Under the pieces are notes generated by a model that saw only the letters and a program-made list of their open reading frames with translations, searched no databases and had not been told where the DNA came from. A stretch of DNA of 64,000 nucleotides from Tricharina praecox (lineage: Eukaryota): assembly GCF_024521635.1 (NCBI RefSeq), contig NW_026250411.1, positions 744,001-808,000 on the forward strand, written 5' to 3'. Positions 53,765-64,000 of this stretch are shown piece after piece; the stretch's first letter is position 1, and each line of letters begins with the position of its first letter. A program made the translations under genes and the position numbers.

Positions 53765-56700
53765 ATGTCTTTCGGCATCAGCATCGGCGACTTCATTGCT
53801 TTCGGCAATCTTGCGATGGGGGCATATGCTCGCCTCCAGGAGACCGGAGGGTCTGCGGCCGATTACCAGAGCCTGAAGCTCATGCGGCGGTCCTTCGGGG
53901 AGACCCTTGTCAGCGTGGAAACCGATTTGCAGAGCACGAACTCCTGCTCCCTACCGAAACCGCTCGTCAATGCAGCCAGGAAACATCTCAGCGAGTGCTC
54001 TCAACTTCTACGGAATTTTGACGAAATAACCAAAAAGTACGATGCTAGTCTTTCACAAGGAGGATCCGGGAAGAAGGTGAAAGACTACATTCGAAAGCTG
54101 GGTTGGGGCGGTATGAAAGACGCCACAAGGGAGCCATTTCGCCGCCTCCAAGAGCACATCACGGCGATAGATATGCTGTTGACCGTCAACAATGCGTGAG
54201 TTATGACTATCCACTAACAATGCATGAATTGATTGGTTTCCTCTACGCTTACAGGCACCGGATTGAGGAACTTTACGTCATCTCGCGAAGGAAGCAACTG
54301 GCAGAAGTTCCGCGAAGCCTTGATTGGAGCGACAACAAACCCATCAAGCTTATAGATGCGTTCGATAGACAGATTACAGTGCCGTATGAGTGGTGCGAAA
54401 CATGGGAGGTACAAGCCGATTCGAGCAGACGCAGTCAGGCATGAACCTTACAGTACACAAGGCCTTTCACGACGTACTACAGAGTAGCTTTCATGGCCGG
54501 CGAGAGAGGAAGTGGGTCGAAAGCATGGCATTTGAAATCTTCGACGAAGACAATAAAGCCGCAATGATTGCCCCAAAAAGCTGGGAAGACGTTATATCAC
54601 CAGGCAAGACCCTTTCCATGTCCATGCGACTGAAAAGGCAGGAAGAGCCGTCGCGAGGAACAGAGCAGGAATGTCCTAGTTGTCGAACTCTGTACAAAGG
54701 CTATGAAAACAGCAAGGCCCTTGAACGGGTTCGATGGTAACTTCACCTCAAATGATCCTGAGATTCTATCAGACTTAACGATCGCGTGTATCACGAAAGC
54801 CTCAAATGCAAGACGTGGTTTCAAGTGTCTTCGGCACCTCGAATCATGGAACTTTCAGACGATGACAGCGTTCAAGCTTTAGTTGACACTGCTATTGACG
54901 AGGCAAACGCGATGCGGATCTGCCGTTGGCACATTGTGGTCGAGCAGACTGAGCAGTGAGTTCTCTAAGAGTGTGGTTGGTGATGATGGCGGCTAAGTGA
55001 TGCCCGCCTGGCTTGATTCGATAGGCTGTGAGTCCTTCCTATCCGGAGAAGGTGATGATGATGGTGGCTGATGCCTGCCTGGCGTAATTCGATAGCCTGT
55101 GAGTCCTTCCTATCCGGAGAAGGTGATGATGATGGTGGCTGATGCCTGCCTGGCGTAATTCGATAGGGAGTGAGTCCTTCCTATCCGGAGAAGGTGATGA
55201 TGATGGTGGCTGATGCCTGCCTGGCGTAATTCGATAGCCTGTGAGTCCTTCCTATCCGGAGAAGGTGATGATGATGGTGGCTGATGCCTGCCTGGCGTAA
55301 TTCGATAGGCAGTGAGTCCTTCCTATCCGGAGATGGTGATGATGATGGTGGCTGATGACTGCCTGGCGTGATTCGTTAGATGGTAAGTCTTTCTTACCCG
55401 GAGATGGTGATGATGATGGTGGCTGATGCCTGCCTGGCGTAATTCGATAGGGAGTGAGTCCTTCCTATCCGGAGATGGTGATGATGATGGTGGCTGATGC
55501 CTGCCTGGCGTAATTCGATAGGAAGTGAGTCCTTCCTATCCGGAGAAGGTGATGATGATGGTGGCTGATGCCTGCCTGGCGTAATTCGATAGGGAGTGAG
55601 TCCTTCCTATCCGGAGAAGGTGATGATGATGGTGGCTGATGCCTGCCTGGCGTAATTCGATAGCCTGTGAGTCCTTCCTATCCGGAGATGGTGATGATGA
55701 TGGTGGCTGATGCCTGCCTGGCGTAATTCGGTAGCCTGTGAGTCCTTCCTATCCGGAGAAGGTGATGATGATGGTGGCTGATGCCTGCCTGGCGTAATTC
55801 GATAGCCTGTGAGTCCTTCCTATCCGGAGAAGGTGATGATGATGGTGGCTGATGCCTGCCTGGCGTAATTCGATAGGGAGTGAGTCCTTCCTATCCGGAG
55901 ATGGTGATGATGATGGTGGCTGATGCCTGCCTGGCGTAATTCGATAGGCTGTGAGTCCTTCCTATCCGGAGATGGTGATGATGATGGTGGCTGATGCCTG
56001 CCTGGCGTGATTCGTTAGACGGTAAGTCTTTCTTACCCGGAGATGGTGATGATGATGGTGGCTGATGACTGCCTGGCGTGATTCGTTAGATGGTAAGTCT
56101 TTCTTACCCGGAGATGGTGATGATGATGGTGGCTGATGCCTGCCTGGCGTAATTCGATAGGGAGTGAGTCCTTCCTATCCGGAGAAGGTGATGATGATGG
56201 TGGCTGATGCCTGCCTGGCGTAATTCGATAGGGAGTGAGTCCTTCCTATCCGGAGAAGGTGATGATGATGGTGGCTGATGCCTGCCTGGCGTAATTCGAT
56301 AGCCTGTGAGTCCTTCCTATCCGGAGAAGGTGATGATGATGGTGGCTGATGCCTGCCTGGCGTAATTCGATAGGGAGTGAGTCCTTCCTATCCGGAGATG
56401 GTGATGATGATGGTGGCTGATGCCTGCCTGGCGTAATTCGATAGGCTGTGAGTCCTTCCTATCCGGAGATGGTGATGATGATGGTGGCTGATGCCTGCCT
56501 GGCGTAATTCGATAGGAAGTGAGTCCTTCCTATCCGGAGAAGGTGATGATGATGGTGGCTGATGCCTGCCTGGCGTAATTCGATAGGGAGTGAGTCCTTC
56601 CTATCCGGAGATGGTGATGATGATGGTGGCTGATGCCTGCCTGGCGTAATTCGATAGGCTGTGAGTCCTTCCTATCCGGAGAAGGTGATGATGATGGTGG

Positions 56701-58263
56701 CTGATGCCTGCCTGGCGTAATTCGATAGGGAGTGAGTCCTTCCTATCCGGAGAAGGTGATGATGATGGTGGCTGATGCCTGCCTGGCGTAATTCGATAGG
56801 CAGTGAGTCCTTCCTATCCGGAGATGGTGATGATGATGGTGGCTGATGCCTGCCTGGCGTAATTCGATAGGGAGTGAGTCCTTCCTATCCGGAGATGGTG
56901 ATGATGATGGTGGCTGATGCCTGCCTGGCGTAATTCGATAGGCTGTGAGTCCTTCCTATCCGGAGAAGGTGATGATGATGGTGGCTGATGCCTGCCTGGC
57001 GTAATTCGATAGGGAGTGAGTCCTTCCTATCCGGAGATGGTGATGATGATGGTGGCTGATGCCTGCCTGGCGTAATTCGATAGGCAGTGAGTCCTTCCTA
57101 TCCGGAGATGGTGATGATGATGGTGGCTGATGCCTGCCTGGCGTGATTCGTTAGACGGTAAGTCTTTCTTACCCGGAGAAGGTGATGGTGATGGTGGCTG
57201 ATGCCTGCCTGGCGTAATTCGATAGGGAGTGAGTCCTTCCTATCCGGAGATGGTGATGATGATGGTGGCTGATGCCTGCCTGGCGTAATTCGATAGGCAG
57301 TGAGTCCTTCCTATCCGGAGATGGTGATGATGATGGTGGCTGATGCCTGCCTGGCGTGATTCGTTAGACGGTAAGTCTTTCTTACCCGGAGATGGTGATG
57401 ATGATGGTGGCTGATGACTGCCTGGCGTGATTCGTTAGATGGTAAGTCTTTCTTACCCGGAGATGGTGATGATGATGGTGGCTGATGCCTGCCTGGCGTA
57501 ATTCGATAGGCAGTGAGTCCTTCCTATCCGGAGATGGTGATGATGATGGTGGCTGATGCCTGCCTGGCGTAATTCGATAGGCAGTGAGTCCTTCCTATCC
57601 GGAGATGGTGATGATGATGGTGGCTGATGCCTGCCTGGCGTAATTCGATAGGGAGTGAGTCCTTCCTATCCGGAGATGGTGATGATGATGGTGGCTGATG
57701 CCTGCCTGGCGTGATTCGTTAGACGGTAAGTCCTTCCTATCCGGAGATGGTGATGATGATGGTGGCTGATGCCTGCCTGGCGTGATTCGTTAGACGGTAA
57801 GTCTTTCTTACCCGGAGAAGGTGATGGTGATGGTGGCTGATGCCTGCCTGGCGTGATTCGTTAGACGGTAAGTCTTTCTTACCCGGACATGGTGATGGTG
57901 ATGGTGGCTGATGCCTGCCTGGCGTAATTCGATAGGCAGTGAGTCCTTCCTATCCGGAGATGGTGATGATGATGGTGGCTGATGCCTGCCTGGCGTGATT
58001 CGTTAGACGGTAAGTCTTTCTTACCCGGAGAAGGTGATGGTGATGGTGGCTGATGCCTGCCTGGCGTGATTCGTTAGACGGTAAGTCTTTCTTACCCGGA
58101 CATGGTGATGGTGATGGTGGCTGATGCCTGCCTGGCGTGATTCGTTAGATGGTAAGTCTTTCCTATCCGGAGAAGGTGATGATGATGCTAGCTATGCCGA
58201 CTAAGTGACATTAGCCTGGCTCCAGACGACATGGAACGAGCCGCCTCGAGTGGTGGCGACTAA
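53765..58263 (+). CDS. Putative 50-exon gene: Helo-like/SesA-type N-terminal domain, fungal ubiquitin-like domain, Zn ribbon, and a micro-exon-encoded charged helical tail
   Basis: Normal exons 53765-54195, 54255-54408, 54462-54736 and 54800-54955 encode MSFGISIGDFIA, PIKLIDAFDR...P.EWC.TWE, W...I.PG..LSMSM and CPSC...C|LKCKTWF. These are followed by 45 3-nt micro-exons and a terminal exon 58215-58263. The first four exons are more secure than the tail. Confidence 0.7.
54956..58214 (+). repeat. 71-bp tandem array: a 68-nt intron-like unit plus a variable 3-nt micro-exon, 44 full units with degenerate first and last introns
   Basis: Consensus GTGAGTCCTTCCTATCCGGAGAWGGTGATGATGATGGTGGCTGATGCCTGCCTGGCGTAATTCGATAG+NNN. 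Triplets fall at 55025+71n for n=0 to 44, with no indels. The ORF track has no ORF across the array. Confidence 0.97.
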
Positions 58264-59244
58264 GCAAGTACCTAGGGCTGGAATTGATTGCACGTAAGTG
58301 CTACCCCCCGAACGGCCTTCACATATGGTGCTTGTGGTTCAAAAGGTCTTATTTTTCATGCTGGTCTAATTATAGGCCAGGTATCAGCCGGCAGGAGAGA
58401 AGAGAACAGAGGAAGGGGGGGTGTGGAATGTGTTCGTGGCTCCGGTCTTGGATATGTGTTCCGGTGTTGGCGTAAAAGTTTGTAATGAAACCAAATTGTG
58501 GATTGTGTATGGGAATCGACTGGAGATTGTGTTCGAGCGCATGGAATGCAAATGGAGTGGGCGTTAATCCGCTCCACTCACATCGAGTTCAACTCGAAAA
58601 GTCCGAACTCAAAGTGAATCGTTGCGACGTCGTCCGTGTCCGAACCTACTGCTCGTCTGCCGACAACCTTCGTCGTCCGAATCCATGGGACGCTGATGCA
58701 GACTTCAGAGCTCAACGGTAGATATGTAGGTAGGGTTTGACTCTTGCTCGCATCAGAATCCGGTACATACAGAAGAAAGAAAGGATGGTCAAATTCCACC
58801 CGAGAACTCGACAAGGCAGCCACGGCCGACGGCGCACTAGTTCATCAACCCTCGATCACCGTGAGACGAGCCTGGCGCGCGCAGCGAGAGTAGCGTGCGA
58901 ATTGGCCGCAGACACCCTAGGATACCTATTGGTTAGGCAAGCGGCCCCGACGTTAGTCACTCGTACATTCCTGTATGGGCGGGAGTAGGTTTAAACGCAT
59001 GTACACTCACTCGGAAAGTGATGTCCATTGTTTCCGAGTCCTTTCCGAGTCCTTTTCCTTTTCCTACTTTTTGTTTTTGTCTTTTGGGGTGTTCTCAACT
59101 TCTGATGTGTAGGCAGCCTCTTTCGCCATGGTCCATGGAGGACTCCTTTCCCTTCACGCCCTATATATGGCTCTGGCTCTGCGAGATACTACCTACCTAT
59201 TATATACCTGACGTGGCTGAGCCATGGTTTTAAAGATGCAGAGG

Positions 59245-59304
59245 TACTGTATAGTGAAGGGGGGGTAGAAAAGCGTATTTTTATCCCCCTTTCACTATAC
59301 AGTA
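59245..59304. repeat. 60-bp near-perfect inverted repeat (hairpin)
   Basis: TACTGTATAGTGAAGGGGG...CCCCCTTTCACTATACAGTA. Confidence 0.8.
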
Positions 59305-62300
59305 GGTAGGTAGTCGACCCACAATACCGGTACTAATTATACCCTTAGTTGTGTAGCACTTAGAAGTTGGAAAGCTGTAGGAATTGCAAAATGCGAGTGA
59401 GCACTCATGGATAATGATTCGTCCATCTCATGATTCTCCTCCGGAAGTTGGAAACCCTCATACACAGCAATACTACCTACTCCCTCATGGATTAGTCCAT
59501 CTCATCGGAAACTAGGTGGTACAATTCTCCTCCCTCTCCCTCTTCCCCATCGCTCGAGGGACTCATGCGTGCTCGGAAGTTAGAAACCGGTAAAGAACCA
59601 AAGGACGAAAGACGAACCGCCAACTCCTAATGCCGAGAAGCAGCATGCGAGTAATACATAACGAAGTCGAGAGAGCTTTAGACGATTTCAAATCCGGTTT
59701 GGCAAAACTCCAAACAATTACCCGTGAACGGAAGCCCGAACGGAAGTCTGGCTTCAATAATTCAAGATAGCGGCCGGGCAGCGGGTCGGTACTCTATACA
59801 AGCCGCACGCGCAGTGCAATCCGCGTAGATAATACATATTGCCTCCAGAATAATTATACCAGGACGGTGATAAATCATGAGAAAGTCTGGGCCCTGAGAA
59901 CTGGCTTGTCCGAGAGGTATGTAAATTGATGTAAATAGTTATCGACTGGGCTGAGAGCGGGCTGTGGGCTGCGGATCCCAGTGTAAGACCTAGGTACTGT
60001 CTAGACGGGGTGAATAGGGAAGATATGCACTGAGGGTCTGCTTGAAGATTGACCGTGCTGCCAGTGAGGCATACATAGGTGAGGGAGACCTCGAACGGGG
60101 TTGAACTTTGATTTCGCCCAGCTATGTAACTAGCAGCAGCAGACGTACCTACCTAATGTATAAAGCCACCTCCCAATACCTATTACCTAGTGGTAGATAA
60201 GCAATGTTTTCGGCGCACAGACTCTGATAGACTGATATGTGCTGGAGACGACATTTACGGGCCGAGCCTACTATCGATTGTCCAAAGGAGACGGACCACG
60301 ATAACCTCATCGAGATTCGGAGCCCGGGGACGGTCACCTTTGACCGAGTGTGCAGCGGAGCAGCGGAGCACCGGAGGGTGGTAGCTCAGATGGGTAGATG
60401 CCGATAATGCAGAACTGACTACTGAGGGCTCGTAAATGCGCTGTAACTAACTACTGTTGTGGTGGTAGTGAAGTGAAGACGTGAAGTATATAGCAATCGA
60501 TTAGGTATGCGACCGAGGGCGGTTTACTATATTGGCTGGCTTCCTTATCCTGCGGGTTCTTACTCTAGCTCGACTCTCGAGTAAATCATCTGTATGTACT
60601 CCACAGACGCGACTCCACAGACTCCACAGTAGTTACATACTCCACAGTACTGCACAGTACTCCACATAGTAGACTAGACTAGGTAGAGTAAGTACCGGGT
60701 TACCTCACGAACACGTTGTAAGACAAAACAGCCCCCCCAGGCCCCCCAGGCCCCCGGACAACAACCTTCCTACTTACCGACGCCGTTGTATCATGTACAT
60801 AATGTATGTACATATCTAGATCTTCTTCGGCTGGATCGATATATGTATCTACTTACACTAGATCTATAGGTATCGCATTAATAGTTGTCGGCGATCGATA
60901 TGTACGACAAGACGATACCTACATCCCTGGCCACCAGTAGATTTCTTTGGTTCATCAGATCGCATTCGTGTTCTCTCAAGGCTCAGTGCGGATGCAGGAA
61001 CCATATGGCTGTTTGTGATAGCTCGTGACTACCTACCCAATGTATTCTCATCACCCCGTAGCACGGGGTACATACTTCCTACCTACATACCAAAAAGAAC
61101 AGGATATAATATCATACATGTACCTATGTACTTATGTAGGGCGGGTTATGTACGGGTAAGGCTTTGCAAATCTCGGGAGCTTGCTTACTTTGTACTTACA
61201 TAAGGATGAAAGGTCAGCCGCGGGCCTTTATCCTTACCAAGCCAAGCACGAGGGGCACTGGGGCAGTTGCCTTCCCGATCCCTGACGTAACTATGTAACT
61301 GGACTCTGAGGAGTCTTTGGATACCGTAGGTACTGCACTTCAAAGTTCACGTGATCGTCTCGAGGTGGGTATGTACATACAGCGGGTAGTTATGCCTCGG
61401 TATGTCCTTACACTACATACGGGTATGAAATGATCGGGCCCCTTGCTGGGCCAAGCAAATGCACCGTGATGTATATACAAACATAGAAGATATCATATGT
61501 ACAATACAATACAATACATGCAACTGATCAAGTGGGAGCTGAAAATCCTCGCCCGCCCTATATATACGGCTACATGCAGTGGATAGTTAGATCATAAGCC
61601 CAGGATCAGCGGCGCGGCACGGGTACTCCCCCGCTGAGTCGCCGAGTCGCTGACCGCCTACAGCATAACATCAGCAAAACATCCTTCCGGTCGATCGATT
61701 GAAACTTATTCGTATGTAGAGTATTGTAGTATTGTACATAGCCAGGGCGAGCAGTGGAGTCACGAGTGAGGCATGTACATGCGGAGCAGTGGAGGGTCGT
61801 CTAGACTCCAGACTCTAGACTCCAGATTCCAGAGTCTAGACAAGACAAGGAAGGAAAGAAAGCCCCCCCCTCCCCCGCGCGCTCCACACACGCACATACT
61901 TAGGATAGGCCCTTATCATGTGGTATATAGAAACCTAGTAGGTACGCGTAAGTCCTGCAGCTTCCCTTCCGTGAGGCTGGGCCGCTGGGGGAGTGGATTG
62001 GCATTGCCATTGGCATTGCCATTCATTGCTCTGCCTTATCGACTGCACCGACTTCCAACCTAGCGCGGAGATCGGGTCTGGTCGGTTATATAGGCTGCAG
62101 ATGCCCAGCCGTGCCCAGAGATATTCAGCGGGGTTTTCCCGGGTTGGAGCGGTGTTTTGTGCGAGGAGCTGGCTTGGACGGTACTTGTACATAGATACGC
62201 GGGCGATTGTTTTGTTGCGAGTGACGACGACGACGACGATGACGGTGGTGGGGGCTGGCTCGTCCGCCGGCTACGGCTCCGGCTTGTCCAGCAGAGTTGT

Positions 62301-64000
62301 AACTATCCTGGTCCTGGAGGGTTGCTGCCAGAGCAATATCTAGATAAACGAAGGCATGCTTTTCGCCGTTTCCGCGCAAGCAGCAAGCGACGAGTGCGTA
62401 AGTGCATTGTCGCTATATATCGCTTGTCTTTTTTTAGCGGGGAGATCCCTCCGATAATCGATGTGCATGGCGAATGCTGGCTGGCCAGTGGCCACAGTTA
62501 ACCGCCAGCCACAGGGGGGAAACATTCATACCATAAATGGAAACTAACATAGTTACCGATACTTGTGCACGCAGAACGGCAGTCGGCTGTTGTGGGGCCT
62601 CATAGCTTCTTTAGTTCTGGCTTGAGCGTTTCAGGACGATTGAGGCATTGTGTTCACGCGTCGTTTCTCTCGGCGTCCGCCTAAGCTCCCAGTGGAGAAA
62701 TATGTATTGCCGCTGGTGAACGCAATCGGTCTCCAGGGTTTCCCGGCAGGCGGGTGGATTGTGCATGTAGAGTCCTGACCCACTCGAGGCTCGGCGCTCG
62801 ACGCTCCACAGCAGAGTAGATACCAGTAGTACCGGCAGCGGTGATCGCGGTCTCGCTCCGAAGCTATGTATGCATCGGACCGTGTCCTTGGCGGGCGCCG
62901 GGGGTGACAGAGGTGGCGAAGAACGAGAACGAGGTAAGATACGGTAGGTACGGTAGGTATGTCTTGTAGGCACGAGGTTGTACTCGAGGGCAGGAGCATT
63001 CATCGCGACGCATCAATCCACCGCTCCGTTCGACCGAGCATCCATTGCACTGCTCTGCATCCATCCATCGATCGTTGCGTTTATTCGAGCATCCAGCCGT
63101 GCTGGCGATAATGTAGAGTCGGAACGGAGGATCGTGGAGGATCGAAGGAGGTTGGTTTAACGTTGAGCACATCGGCTTGGCGGCAAAGCACTCGTCGTCA
63201 CAGGATGCGTTGACCGCGTTGAGTTTCACGGGAACGGCCGAGCTAGCGACAGAACAGACAACCCTTTCCGGCGAAGTCCGGCGAAGCGATGCAGGTCGCT
63301 GCATAGATACCGCGACTAGTACTGGAAGCTCTAACGGAAGCAAGCACGCACATAAGCCCTGGAAGCTGTGGAGCTTGGAGGAGGGGCGGGCGACCGTGCG
63401 GAGTGAGTGAGTGAGGGAGTGCAGCGTGATGGTGAGTAAACTCAGTAGAGTCCTCCACCGGTAGATGGCGGACATTCTGTACCCTTTGCTCGAATAAGTT
63501 CTCGACTGACCATGAAAGGGGGCGGTCGGCTGCGGTGGCCCAGTCAACGATGGAGACCCGCACATGTTCGTTAGGAGTCAGAGAATGATACCGTACCGGT
63601 AGTTCCCGGTAGGGAGTTTTCCCGTCCTCGCTTCACGAATCACAACCGACGGGTCTATGCACGGATGGAACCAGTGAATCAGCTTCCCTTCCGTGGCGGC
63701 CGCAACGTGCGACCTTGGTTATGGACGGTACAATACCTATGCACAAGCCAAACTTTCGTCCACTGGGTATACACAGATCTCAACGAAAAGCAATGATTGG
63801 CCTCCCGGTTGGGGGAAAAGGAGGGCGTAGGGGGTGGGGGGTCACCATGAAACAGTAGCGGCTGACCGCTGAAGGCAAAGGTCGTGGATCTTGGAGTTCG
63901 CTCGCTGGAACTCGCAGGCAGTTGGTTGCCATAGGCAGGCAAGGGATGCGCTGCCAGGTATGGTAGTTGATCCAGTGCTGCGCCGCTGCCGATGTCTCTC

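Noticed and set aside
55025..58151. Phase-0 reading of the micro-exons (APGPAMGEGPPPGATMGGPGAEGAGAGAGATGATMAAGTTTATTM)
   Set aside because: It is also open, but the upstream exon structure, including the CxxC motif across the 54737-54799 intron, puts the array in phase 2.
54956..58214. CRISPR array
   Set aside because: Eukaryotic context, no cas genes, 68-nt constant part, and spacers of only 3 nt drawn from seven recurring triplets.
54956..58214. Unspliced repeat-protein ORF (e.g. His-rich on the minus strand) or plain satellite
   Set aside because: The unit length of 71 is not divisible by 3 and no ORF spans the array. A plain satellite does not explain splice signals flanking the variable triplet or the in-frame join to the upstream exon.
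62611..63565. ORFs 62864-63565 and 62611-63003 on the minus strand
   Set aside because: No recognisable motifs or coding bias. They could belong to a gene extending past the window, but this cannot be supported here.

Overview
Intron-containing filamentous ascomycete DNA. The gene style suggests Pezizomycotina, but this is an inference. Most of the window is housekeeping genes: a SWIM-finger ATP-dependent DNA ligase, Asn-tRNA synthetase, SYF1, SRP19/SEC65, HMG-CoA reductase, SGF29, the STE2 pheromone receptor, eIF3i, a LIM protein, INO1, ARF6, a MetE-like protein, an F-box-like gene, tRNA-Lys(CTT), a decayed GPN1/NPA3 copy and SEC15. The standout is the ORF-free 71-bp tandem repeat at 54956-58214. 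Each unit reads as a canonical 68-nt spliceosomal intron (GTRAGT...GCTGAT...TAG) plus a variable 3-nt micro-exon. Splicing the 45 micro-exons onto the upstream gene (Helo-like/SesA N-domain, ubiquitin-like domain, Zn ribbon) gives a stop-free, helix-like tail: QLLDLQWEKDLLLELRWEDLELKELEQELEQREQRWQQERRRQRR. Other notable items are an ACG-initiated uORF before INO1 and a MITE-like element in the STE2 promoter. All splice models were read by eye and lack transcript confirmation.
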